Assembly: GCA_949295475.1 (NCBI GenBank)
Contig: CASFLC010000082.1
Span: 1-47,638, forward strand
Direction: 5' to 3'
DNA length: 47,638 bases
Source: an uncultured Pseudomonadota bacterium
GTDB lineage: Bacteria; Pseudomonadota; Alphaproteobacteria; RF32; CAG-239
The position numbers and the translations under genes were made by a program. How positions within the stretch are numbered: position 1 is the stretch's first letter; each line of letters begins with the position of its first letter. Positions 18,236-27,471 of the stretch are shown piece by piece. The notes under the pieces are model-generated. The model worked only from the letters and a program-made list of their open reading frames with translations. It did not search any database and was not told the DNA's origin.

Positions 18236-18880
18236 TCAATATTTTTTTAAACAATCCAAAATATTTCGGATAACATCTTCAAACATATCATAAGTCAAAA
18301 TACCTGTATTGATGTTATAACGGGACGTGTGATAGGAGTCTATCAACAGCAGATGATGCCGATTCAGAAGATGCACCGCATTATGGGCAAACTTAAAAGA
18401 GGCTTTTTTATATCCAAGCACGCCGAGCACGGCATTATGAGCCACGCTGCCGAGCGTCAGAATAACCTTCAAATTCGGCATGGCGCAGATTTCTTCAATC
18501 AAATATCCGCCGCAGTTTTTAACCTCATCTCCGGTAACTTTGTTTTGCGGAGGAACACAGCGTACCGAATTGGTCACTCGCACATTCAGCAGTTCAAAAC
18601 CGTCATCTTTGCGCTTGCCGTAATTTCCTCTGGCCAAACCGTATTTTTTCAGAATTGGATACAACACATCTCCGGCATAGTCGTTGGTAAAGGGACGGGC
18701 GGTCTGATTGGCGCCGTTCAGCCCGGGAGCCAGCCCCACAATCAGTACCTCGGCCTCCAACGACCCGAAAGGAGGAACCGGCCCGTTATAATAAGAAGGA
18801 TATTTCAGCTCGTTGCCGCGGCGAAACTCCAACAGCCGAGGACAGCGATCACAGCTTTTATCGGGACAAATAAATGTCAT
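18236..18880 (-). CDS. Uracil-DNA glycosylase superfamily protein (family 4/5-like, UdgB-type motifs)
   Basis: N-terminal Cys cluster (CPDKSCDRCPRL), motif A GLAPGLNGANQTARPFT, and motif B HTSRYN. Confidence 0.85.
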   Translation of the reverse strand: MTFICPDKSCDRCPRLLEFRRGNELKYPSYYNGPVPPFGSLEAEVLIVGLAPGLNGANQTARPFTNDYAGDVLYPILKKYGLARGNYGKRKDDGFELLNVRVTNSVRCVPPQNKVTGDEVKNCGGYLIEEICAMPNLKVILTLGSVAHNAVLGVLGYKKASFKFAHNAVHLLNRHHLLLIDSYHTSRYNINTGILTYDMFEDVIRNILDCLKKY

Positions 18881-19143
18881 AATTTTTACTCCGCTAATAA
18901 AATTTATTTCAATTTACTTGTTTATCATAAAAAAAAGATTAACTTCACAAAGGTCGAAAAAGATGAGAAAAAACAACGAACAGAATAAATAATAAGAAAA
19001 ACATTATATTTTAATTGCAATTATTTTTTATTGATGCTATTGTTTTTTCGGTTGCAAGAATTAAATAGAGCTTACAACCCTCCTGGACTATAAATATGGA
19101 CTATCCTTTGTGAAAACTTATTTATAAATGGAGTTTATACAAC

Positions 19144-19713
19144 ATGAATAAAGCTTTATTGTTTGCAAGCGCCGCTTGCGTTTTAACCCTCTCATCTACG
19201 GCAAACGCCCAGCAAATGTTCGGTAATGACATTGAACCGTATATCGGTTTGGATTATGTCTATTCCCGCGCCGACTTCAAAAGCGGAGCCGATTTGAAAA
19301 AAGATTACAATTCCGGTTCCGTCAACGTTGGTACCCGCTTGGGAAAATACGCCGGTCTGGAAGCTTATTACCAGTTGTCCGGCAGCCGCAGCACCCGTCT
19401 GGCAGACGATGTAAAAGCCAAAAGCAAATTCCATTCTTACGGATTGGATATTTTCGGTTATCTGCCTCTCGGCTGCGAAGACAAAGTTGACCTTCTGGCC
19501 TCTGTCGGTGCCGGAAACTATAACATTAAGGTTAAAAACATTCCGGAAGGCAAATACGACAAAGACCACATGGGTTACCGCTTCGGCGTAGGTGCTCAGT
19601 ATAACTTCAATGAACACGTTTCTGCCCGTGCGATGTATCGTTATACTTATTTGGATACCAAATATCTGGATAACATGAACGAATTTACCGCCGGTCTCAG
19701 ATATACATTCTAA
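19144..19713 (+). CDS. Small outer-membrane beta-barrel protein (OmpA-beta-barrel/OmpW-like)
   Basis: Signal peptide ending ANA-QQ, alternating amphipathic strands rich in Y/G, and a C-terminal aromatic residue (GLRYTF). Confidence 0.75.
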   Translation: MNKALLFASAACVLTLSSTANAQQMFGNDIEPYIGLDYVYSRADFKSGADLKKDYNSGSVNVGTRLGKYAGLEAYYQLSGSRSTRLADDVKAKSKFHSYGLDIFGYLPLGCEDKVDLLASVGAGNYNIKVKNIPEGKYDKDHMGYRFGVGAQYNFNEHVSARAMYRYTYLDTKYLDNMNEFTAGLRYTF

Positions 19714-19733
19714 ACCGAGCGTATAAAATTCCT

Positions 19734-19772
19734 AAAAAAAGCGTTCCTGCCGACAAATCAGGGACGCTTTTT
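19734..19772. terminator. Bidirectional terminator
   Basis: AAAAAAAGCGTTCCTG ... CAGGGACGCTTTTT hairpin between convergent genes. Confidence 0.65.
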
Positions 19773-21596
19773 CTAAAGAGAAATCTTTTCTGCCCGGTAA
19801 ATCAGTCCGTCGACCGGCTCTCCTCCTTCCGAACGCAAAACCAAAGCCTCCCGTTTTTCAATTCGGTACCCTTCCTCTTCCAGCACCCGCCTGACATAAT
19901 CCGGATGATGGCGGTAACGGCCGTTTGGCGCCATCTCAAAATCGTTTTTATCCGTTGTTTCTATCGAAAAAATCAAAATTGCGCCTTTAGCGGCGCGGAC
20001 AATCGGTCTGATATCTCCCACATACCCGAAAACATCGGCAGCAATTACCATACCGAAAGCTTCGTTGTGTTTTAAAAAGGCGAGGGCATCTTCTTTGACA
20101 AGCTTGTCATAAACGCCTTTTTTTGCGGCCTCGTCAAGCATTTTCTGAGAAACGTCTACTCCGACGAGATAACGCCCAGGGCCTTTAACAGCTTCACCAG
20201 CCAACCCCGTACCACACCCCAGATCCACAACGGAAACTTGATCATCTCCAGCAATTCTTCCCACAGCCAGCGGAACTGCATAGCCAAGAGTCTTGACCAC
20301 CAGTTCGTAATGATCAGCAAAATGGTCAAAAAGCCTTTCAGCATAAACTTGATTAACCTCACTGTTTTCTCCTTCAAAAGCGTCTGCGGTATGAACGGCA
20401 AAGACATTATCCGGCATCAGACGGCGCCAGTTCTGAGCAATTTTCAGGGCTTCCTCGCGATTTTGGGCGGCAAACAAAACAAGCGTTTCCGCCATATTGA
20501 CCGAAGCTTCTTCCAAATCCGGCTTTAAGGTCAAAGCATTCATCAATAGCCCCATGGCTTGTTCGTAATCTCCGATGTCTTTAAGTATGGCCGCCAGATT
20601 ATTGCTGACTTCTGCCGATTTTGGGTTGGCAATCACCGCCTGGCGGTATTCCTCCAGCGCCTCGGTTGTCCGTCTCTGGCGATAAAGCATCTCGGCGTAA
20701 TTGTTGTGCGCTTCAAAATTATGTTCGTCCAGTTCTATAATTCTTTTATATTTTCGTTCTGCTGCTTCAAAATCTTCCGTCCGGACGTCAATAGCCGCCG
20801 CACCGGACAACGCAGCTATATTGCGAGGATTAAGCAACAGTGCTTTTTCAAAATAAACCCTAGCATTGTCGTCTTTGCCGTCAATCAAAGACAGCTGCCC
20901 CAAAATAACTCTCACTTCATCGGAAGCCGGCGCAAGCTCTTTTGCCCGGCTGGCGGCAATCCAAGCCTGGGAATAACTGCACTGAGCCAAATACAAACGG
21001 CTCAGATAATAAAATCCCCAGACGCCTTCAGGAAATTTTCGAACAACGTTTTCAAGCTCCGCAATAGCCTTAGGCGGATTTTCGGCGCTGTAACTGTCCG
21101 CCAGATTAGCCGCGGCCTCGGCAAATTCCGGATTAAGTCTCAAAGCTTTCTCCCAATCCCGACGAGCCGCTTCGGTTTGACCGAGCCGGAGGCGGAGTTG
21201 GGCCGTCTCATTATAGACCTCCGGCATTTCCGGGCGTAAAGAAATAACCTTTGAAAAATACTGCAGCGCCTCATGCGGCTTGTCGTCAAGCTTGAGTGAA
21301 AATGCCAGATTGTAATAAAAAGCCGGATTGTCGGGATTAGCCTTTATGGCGCGTGCAAACAACTCGCACGCTTCCTGCTGCACGCCCTTGGCTTGTGCCA
21401 CCAATCCGAGAAGATTCAACACGTCAGGCTGTTCCGGAGCCGTTTCAAGTATCTGACGGTAAATCTGTTCGGCTTCCTCAAGCTGACCGGCTTCGTGCAG
21501 CTGCAAGGCTTTATTAAATAAAATATCATAAGACATTTTTTTTACTTCTCCGACATCAATGCGGCTTATTGTATATCTTTTTCCGTTAAAATCCAC
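19773..21596 (-). CDS. TPR-repeat protein fused to a C-terminal class I SAM-dependent methyltransferase
   Basis: Many TPR units in the N-terminal ~400 aa and SAM motif I VVDLGCGTG in the C-terminal domain. The track start is a GTG. The internal ATG at residue 21 (MSYDILFNKAL, about 21536) is the likely true start. Confidence 0.85.
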   Translation of the reverse strand: MDFNGKRYTISRIDVGEVKKMSYDILFNKALQLHEAGQLEEAEQIYRQILETAPEQPDVLNLLGLVAQAKGVQQEACELFARAIKANPDNPAFYYNLAFSLKLDDKPHEALQYFSKVISLRPEMPEVYNETAQLRLRLGQTEAARRDWEKALRLNPEFAEAAANLADSYSAENPPKAIAELENVVRKFPEGVWGFYYLSRLYLAQCSYSQAWIAASRAKELAPASDEVRVILGQLSLIDGKDDNARVYFEKALLLNPRNIAALSGAAAIDVRTEDFEAAERKYKRIIELDEHNFEAHNNYAEMLYRQRRTTEALEEYRQAVIANPKSAEVSNNLAAILKDIGDYEQAMGLLMNALTLKPDLEEASVNMAETLVLFAAQNREEALKIAQNWRRLMPDNVFAVHTADAFEGENSEVNQVYAERLFDHFADHYELVVKTLGYAVPLAVGRIAGDDQVSVVDLGCGTGLAGEAVKGPGRYLVGVDVSQKMLDEAAKKGVYDKLVKEDALAFLKHNEAFGMVIAADVFGYVGDIRPIVRAAKGAILIFSIETTDKNDFEMAPNGRYRHHPDYVRRVLEEEGYRIEKREALVLRSEGGEPVDGLIYRAEKISL

Positions 21597-21615
21597 TAAA
21601 TTATCAAAAAAAAGC

Positions 21616-21644
21616 TTGATTTTTCAAATCGGATGAGCTAAATT
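21616..21644 (+). promoter_or_regulatory. Candidate sigma70 promoter of rpsD
   Basis: TTGATT, a 17-nt spacer, then TAAATT. This leaves a leader of about 100 nt. Confidence 0.4.
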
Positions 21645-21747
21645 GCCCTCACTTCCGGGAATGAAGGCAGATTCAACTGCCTCGTTTGACGGCAACAAGT
21701 CAAAACTACCGGGACAATAATGCAAATAAAATTAAAGGAAATTTATA

Positions 21748-22359
21748 ATGAAAAGTATCGTTACCGCAAAAAAGAAAAAAGAACGCCAGTTGGGTACCAT
21801 CTGGGGCGCTCCCAACAGTTCTTACAGCAAAAGAGAATACGCGCCGGGTCAGCACGGCCAGCGCCGTAAAAAGCCGACCGATTACGGCATTCAGCTTTCT
21901 GCCAAACAGAAAATGAAGACCTATTACGGCAATGTTTCGGAAAAACAGTTCTACAAATACTATGTGGAAGCCATCAGAAGACGCGGCGACGCGGCCGAAA
22001 ACCTTGTCGGCTTGTTGGAATCCCGTCTGGACAATTTGGTTTACAAATCCAAATTCGCTTCAACTATTTTTGCGGCCCGCCAGTTTGTTAACCACGGCCA
22101 CATTACCGTCAACGGCAAAAAAGTCAATATTCCGTCTTACATGGTTAAAGTCGGTGATGTAATTGAAGTCCGCGAAAAATCAAAGCAGTTGGCCATTGTT
22201 CAGGCCGCTGTGGAATCTTCCTCCCGCGAATTGCCGGGATATCTGGAAGTAGACAACAAAAAGCTGTCGGCCAAATACACCTTCGTTCCCAAATACGACG
22301 ATGTTCCTTATGCATCCGTTATGGAACCGAATTTGGTTATCGAGTTCTACTCTCGTTAA
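21748..22359 (+). CDS. rpsD: 30S ribosomal protein S4 (long alphaproteobacterial form)
   Basis: 203 aa. The match to S4 runs end to end, for example [37 protein letters not shown] and [12 protein letters not shown]. Confidence 0.97.
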   Translation: MKSIVTAKKKKERQLGTIWGAPNSSYSKREYAPGQHGQRRKKPTDYGIQLSAKQKMKTYYGNVSEKQFYKYYVEAIRRRGDAAENLVGLLESRLDNLVYKSKFASTIFAARQFVNHGHITVNGKKVNIPSYMVKVGDVIEVREKSKQLAIVQAAVESSSRELPGYLEVDNKKLSAKYTFVPKYDDVPYASVMEPNLVIEFYSR

Positions 22360-22381
22360 TAAAAAGACGCTGTTTGATGAA

Positions 22382-22416
22382 AATCCTCAGAAGTTATGCA
22401 ACTCTGAGGATTTTTT
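22382..22416 (+). terminator. Rho-independent terminator after rpsD
   Basis: AATCCTCAGA ... TCTGAGGATT stem followed by TTTTT. Confidence 0.7.
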
Positions 22417-22478
22417 CTTTAAAATTAAATAAGAATATGCTTAGATGAGCATACGATGAAACAGAAGAAGGCAAAACA

Positions 22479-24428
22479 ATGGAAGATGTAATTATTGACG
22501 ATCGGCGCCAAATTTCTGCCAAAGAGAACAAAAACAGAAGAGAAATGAACCGCAACCGCGGCAACAAACGTCGTTTTGGCGGCTATCTTGTCGACCTGAT
22601 TGTCAAGACGCTGTTGACGGCGGCATTCATCGCCATAGACTTCACCTTGTTTGCCGAGGCCGGAAGCTACAGCCTGTTTACCGAAATACAGACGCTGACT
22701 CCCGAAGCCGTAAACATTTACGGCGGTATTTTAGCTCTCTCTTTCATCCTGATACTGCTGTGTTCATTCTCCGTATTTTTGGAAAACCTGATTGTCACGG
22801 CAGCTTTTGTTTTCTTAACGGCATCAGTCATAAACCAGTTTGCCCTGTTTGACAAAGGGTCTTTGCTGGCCGGATATTTTGGCAGCGTTGCAAGCGGTGA
22901 ATTTCTGACCCTTTTGAATACACGCTCGCACGTTATCATCACGACGGTTGCGGCAATCATCTTTTTTATTGCGCTCAGCCGGTTTCGGCGTTCTTCCCAG
23001 TTTTATCTGCTGTGCCTGATGCTTTTTATATGCGGCGGTCTTGTTTCCGAAGCCTATTTCAACCCGGTTGTCAAACATTTCAACATTGTTTACGAAGCAC
23101 CGAACGACAGCGGAAAAAAAGACGGCAAAAATTTTGTTTTTATCGGCCTGCCGTCCTTAACGTCCTACAATAATCTTCGTGACTTAAAAATTGCCGCAGA
23201 TCCGCGGACACACAACACAACTTATAACAACACTATTCAAAAAGCGCTGGAAAACATGCTCGGCTTTTACAGCGCCAACAACTTTGCCTTTTTCACGGAT
23301 GCCTATGTGTCTTCCGACAATCCGTTTTTAAACCTGATTGACATTTACAATCCCCAAAATCCTCAGGCCAAACCACAGGAATACACGCTGGATTCCGTGC
23401 TGCTGCACAGTTATTGGAATTTTGATCGGATTAATACGGAACCGACCCTTTACCTGAAAGAAAACAAAATTTTTGAAACGTTCAAAAAAAGCAGCTTCAA
23501 AATTAATGTTTACCAAAGCCGCGGGGTAGAAAGCTGCTATGTAAACAACGGACTTAACGTCAATAAATGCGTCCTTAAGGAAAATCTGCCCATCAGCCTT
23601 TCGGACACCGCTTATTCCACGCTTAATAAAACCCTTCTCCTGTTGCATCAGTGGATGGAAAGCGCCGCCGTCTTAAACAACTTTAACCTGTTTTACGAAG
23701 GCGTCCGCTTTGTGGACGGCAGCGGTCTGGGCGGCGTCAGTTTCTCCACCAAAGACTTTTACGTCTTAAATTCTCCCAAAGCCTTCGACGTTTTGGCTCA
23801 GGATATAGCATCCGGAGAAGGGAATAACGCCTATTTTGCCGTCATTGACCTGCCGTCAAATCTGTATGCCTATGATGAAATGTGTAAAATGAAAGATCCT
23901 GCGCAATGGCTGAGCGCTTCAAACAATCCAGATTTCCGCAACAATAACCTGCAAAATAAAAAAGAAGCCTATGCGGAACAGGTAACCTGCCTTTACGGAC
24001 TGCTTGAAAAATTCATGCAGAAATTAACCATGGAAGGCGTTCTTAACAATACGGTTATCGTCATTCAGGGATTAAGCAATCCGGAATTTATCGTCAGAAA
24101 TCACAAACCGGATGATTTTCAGATGAAATTCAAACGAACCAATCAGGTAAATCTGGCCATTTTTGACCCGTTGAAAAAAACGCCCAAAATAAATAACGCT
24201 GTCTGCGCGGCTCCGTCAATCCTGAAAAGCTACCTGTTCAAACGGTATCCCTGCACAGAATTTGAAGGGTTAAATCTTGATGACAACATGAAACGCCGGA
24301 TTGAACAAAAAAGCTTAAAAGAAAAAATTACTGAAGACCTGATTGACCGCAGCATTGTTCAATTCAAAAAATGGTACGGCAGCTGGGCTTCCTACAACAT
24401 GGTTGACAACATCTGGGAAACCCCGTAA
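22479..24428 (+). CDS. Polytopic membrane protein with a large extracytoplasmic domain of uncertain function; weak sulfatase/phosphotransferase-like layout
   Basis: 649-aa ORF. It has a basic N-terminus, about 5 TM helices, and then a soluble domain of roughly 440 aa. A motif FVFIGLPSLTSY sits where alkaline-phosphatase-superfamily transferases carry their nucleophile segment, but the match is degenerate. Confidence 0.7.
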   Translation: MEDVIIDDRRQISAKENKNRREMNRNRGNKRRFGGYLVDLIVKTLLTAAFIAIDFTLFAEAGSYSLFTEIQTLTPEAVNIYGGILALSFILILLCSFSVFLENLIVTAAFVFLTASVINQFALFDKGSLLAGYFGSVASGEFLTLLNTRSHVIITTVAAIIFFIALSRFRRSSQFYLLCLMLFICGGLVSEAYFNPVVKHFNIVYEAPNDSGKKDGKNFVFIGLPSLTSYNNLRDLKIAADPRTHNTTYNNTIQKALENMLGFYSANNFAFFTDAYVSSDNPFLNLIDIYNPQNPQAKPQEYTLDSVLLHSYWNFDRINTEPTLYLKENKIFETFKKSSFKINVYQSRGVESCYVNNGLNVNKCVLKENLPISLSDTAYSTLNKTLLLLHQWMESAAVLNNFNLFYEGVRFVDGSGLGGVSFSTKDFYVLNSPKAFDVLAQDIASGEGNNAYFAVIDLPSNLYAYDEMCKMKDPAQWLSASNNPDFRNNNLQNKKEAYAEQVTCLYGLLEKFMQKLTMEGVLNNTVIVIQGLSNPEFIVRNHKPDDFQMKFKRTNQVNLAIFDPLKKTPKINNAVCAAPSILKSYLFKRYPCTEFEGLNLDDNMKRRIEQKSLKEKITEDLIDRSIVQFKKWYGSWASYNMVDNIWETP

Positions 24429-24536
24429 GAAAAAACGGCCAAACAGACTGAAGACAAAAAGGTAGAAAAAGCGCCCCAAACCCAAGAAGTTAAAGCCGAA
24501 GGAAAAGAAACGGCGCAAAAACCTTTAGCTGAAGCA

Positions 24537-24836
24537 ATGGAAGAAACCAAAGAACAGAACGCCGCTTCTGAAGAAAAGGCTGCCGAAAAAGATAAATCCC
24601 AGTCGACAGAAAGCAAAGAAGAACAAAAACAACCTCAGGTAAAAATCCAAACGACGGTAACCGATAAGGAAAATCCCGAAGAAGTTATCCCGCCGTTTTT
24701 AGAAGAAGAACCGGAACCTCCTGCGGCTAAAAAAACCGAAACCAAGCAGCCGATAAATCCCAAAGACATTCCGGCCATGAAAAAAGCTGCAGCCCGTGCC
24801 AAAGCAGCTCAGGCAGCCAAAGCGGCAAAGGAATAA
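24537..24836 (+). CDS. Lys/Glu/Ala/Pro-rich low-complexity protein, or a read-through/extension of the preceding gene
   Basis: 99-aa ORF in the same frame as 22479-24428. The 36 codons between that gene's TAA and this ATG are open and have the same K/E-rich composition, with no start codon. Confidence 0.4.
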   Translation: MEETKEQNAASEEKAAEKDKSQSTESKEEQKQPQVKIQTTVTDKENPEEVIPPFLEEEPEPPAAKKTETKQPINPKDIPAMKKAAARAKAAQAAKAAKE

Positions 24837-24839
24837 ATC

Positions 24840-25877
24840 TTGCCCGGCGTGCAAAAATACCTGTCCCGTCCGGCACAAAGGCGTCTTCGGGCATTCTGCG
24901 CCAACCGGCGGGCTTTCTGGTCGCTGATAATATTTGTTTCCGTCTTTTGCCTGACTTTGCTGGCCGAACTCATCGCCAACGACCAGCCGCTGCTGGTCAA
25001 ATATAAAGACAAATTCTATTTTCCGGTCTTCAAAACTTATACGGAACAGGAATTCGGCGGAGATTTTCCGACCCCTGCCGATTATCGCGACAGTTTTATT
25101 GCGGACAATATCAATCGCAACGGATACATGATTTTTCCGCCTCTGCCTTATTCTTTCAATACTGTTGATTATGATTTGGAAACGCCGACGCCGTCTGCTC
25201 CCGCCAAAAATCATTTGCTCGGAACCGATGACGAGGGCAGGGACATTTTGTCCAGAATTATATATGGCCTTCGCATTTCCGTCATATTTGCTTTTTTACT
25301 TACGGCGCTTTCCTCGGCTTTGGGAATTATTGCCGGTGCCGTTCAAGGATATTTCGGCGGAAAAACTGACATCATCATGCAGCGTTTTCTGGAAATCTGG
25401 GAAGCTCTGCCGCAATTGTTTGTCCTGATTATCATTGCCAGTATTTTTGTTCCGAGTTTCTGGACGCTGTTAATCATCATGCTTTGCTTCAACTGGATGA
25501 GCCTGGTCGGAGTCGTGCGGGCGGAATTTCTCCGTACGCGCAACTTTGATTTTGTAAAAGCCGCCAAAGCGCTGGGCGTCGGCAACGGCAGAATAATTTT
25601 CCGTCATATTCTGCCAAACGCCGTCATTGCCACAATCACTTATATCCCGTTTCTGCTTTCGGAAGCCATCGTCGCCCTGACCGCGCTTGATTTTCTGGGA
25701 CTGGGTTTATCACACGATTACCCCTCGCTCGGAGATTTGGTCCGGCAGGGAAAAGACAATCTTCAGGCGCCTTGGATAGGCATTTCCATCTTTATCGTTT
25801 TGTCGGGACTTCTGACTCTGCTGATTTTTATCGGAGAAGGTATCCGTGACGCCTTTGACACAAGGAAAGCGGAATGA
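24840..25877 (+). CDS. yejE: Peptide/microcin-C-type ABC transporter permease YejE
   Basis: Full-length resemblance to YejE, for example ELIANDQPLLVKY, LLGTDDEGRDILSRIIYG, MSLVGVVRAEFLRTRNFDFVKAAKALG and GEGIRDAFD. It uses a TTG start 3 nt after the preceding stop. Confidence 0.9.
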   Translation: MPGVQKYLSRPAQRRLRAFCANRRAFWSLIIFVSVFCLTLLAELIANDQPLLVKYKDKFYFPVFKTYTEQEFGGDFPTPADYRDSFIADNINRNGYMIFPPLPYSFNTVDYDLETPTPSAPAKNHLLGTDDEGRDILSRIIYGLRISVIFAFLLTALSSALGIIAGAVQGYFGGKTDIIMQRFLEIWEALPQLFVLIIIASIFVPSFWTLLIIMLCFNWMSLVGVVRAEFLRTRNFDFVKAAKALGVGNGRIIFRHILPNAVIATITYIPFLLSEAIVALTALDFLGLGLSHDYPSLGDLVRQGKDNLQAPWIGISIFIVLSGLLTLLIFIGEGIRDAFDTRKAE

Positions 25878-27454
25878 CAGGAATTTTGGAAGTAAAAAAT
25901 CTGTCCGTTTTCTTCAAACGCAAAGAAAAACCTTTTGCAGCCGTTGACAATGTGTCGTTTGAGCTGAAAAAAGGAGAAATCCTCGGCATCGTCGGAGAAT
26001 CAGGTTCCGGAAAATCTTTAACCGCCCTCTCAATTCTGGGACTGTTGCCGCCCCGGGCTTCTGTTGCTCCGGAAGCTTCCGTCCGTTTTGAAGGCAGGGA
26101 ATTGCTGAAAAATCCGGAAATAAGAAAATATCGCGGCAATCGCTTTGGTTTCATTTTTCAAGAACCGATGTCCTCATTGAACCCATTGCATACGATAGAA
26201 CAACAAATCTCAGAAACAATCATGCTCCATCAGGGGCTCGGCACTGCACAGGCCCGCCGTCAAACATTGCGGCTGTTGACGTTAACCGGCATCAAAAACG
26301 CCCGCGGCCGCCTGAAATCTTATCCGCATGAACTTTCCGGCGGCCAACGTCAACGCGTCATGATTGCCATGGCCATTGCCAATCGCCCGGATATTCTGAT
26401 TGCAGACGAACCGACAACCGCCCTTGATGTGACAATTCAGGCGCAAATTATTGATTTGTTGTTAAAATTGCGCAACGAAATGAACATGTCGATTATCTTT
26501 ATCAGTCACGATTTGCATTTAATCCGAAAAATTGCGGACAATATTATTGTGATGAAATCAGGCGGAATCGTAGAAAAAGGAACTGCCGAAAATATATTTG
26601 CTTCGCCGCAAAATACTTACACTAAAGAATTAATAAATTCTTTTAACGTGATGAAAAATAAAAATAAAATATACGAAAACACCATCCTCAAGGTTGACCG
26701 GGCCAATGTTGTTTTCCCGTTAAAACGAAATTTTTTCGGAAAAATAACGGAAACACTGACCGCCGTAAATCAAATTTCCTTCTCCCTAAGACAAGGCGAA
26801 AACCTTGGGATTGTCGGTGAATCCGGTTCCGGAAAAACAACCTTAGGGATGGTCCTGAGTCAACTTCAGCCTCACCGGGGACAAATCTTTTTCAATGGAC
26901 ATCCCGTTGATGTGCTTGATAAAAAAAGCAATCTGTCTTTCCGGCGACGCGTGCAAATAATTTTTCAAGATCCTTACAACAGCCTCAATCCTCGCATGAC
27001 GATTGAACAAATTGTCGGAGAGGGATTGACGATTCATTTTCCGAACATGCCTAAAGATGAGAAAAAACAAAGGATTATAAACACTCTTTCAGAAGTGGAA
27101 CTGTCTCGGGAAGATATGTACAAATATCCGCATGAATTTTCCGGCGGACAAAGACAGCGGATAGCCATCGCCCGCTCTCTGATTCTTGAACCGGAACTGC
27201 TTATCCTTGACGAACCGACCTCTGCGCTCGACGTAACGATTCAGAGTAAAATACTAAAACTTTTGCAACAAATTCAATATAATAGAAAACTTTCTTACAT
27301 TATCATTTCTCATGACATGAAAGCCATTCGCGCCCTTGCCGACAAAATTGCCGTCATGAGGGAAGGGCGGATTATTGAACTTAATGACGCCGAAACGATT
27401 TTTAAAAATCCGCAGCACGAATATACCAGAACCCTGATTGCCGCGTCATTATAA
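25874..27454 (+). CDS. yejF: Double-cassette ABC ATPase YejF
   Basis: Two complete ABC modules (GESGSGKS twice, LSGGQRQR twice, Walker B ADEPT and LDEPT). It overlaps yejE by 4 nt. Confidence 0.9.
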   Translation: MTGILEVKNLSVFFKRKEKPFAAVDNVSFELKKGEILGIVGESGSGKSLTALSILGLLPPRASVAPEASVRFEGRELLKNPEIRKYRGNRFGFIFQEPMSSLNPLHTIEQQISETIMLHQGLGTAQARRQTLRLLTLTGIKNARGRLKSYPHELSGGQRQRVMIAMAIANRPDILIADEPTTALDVTIQAQIIDLLLKLRNEMNMSIIFISHDLHLIRKIADNIIVMKSGGIVEKGTAENIFASPQNTYTKELINSFNVMKNKNKIYENTILKVDRANVVFPLKRNFFGKITETLTAVNQISFSLRQGENLGIVGESGSGKTTLGMVLSQLQPHRGQIFFNGHPVDVLDKKSNLSFRRRVQIIFQDPYNSLNPRMTIEQIVGEGLTIHFPNMPKDEKKQRIINTLSEVELSREDMYKYPHEFSGGQRQRIAIARSLILEPELLILDEPTSALDVTIQSKILKLLQQIQYNRKLSYIIISHDMKAIRALADKIAVMREGRIIELNDAETIFKNPQHEYTRTLIAASL

Positions 27455-27471
27455 AAGAAAGAAATTTCAAA

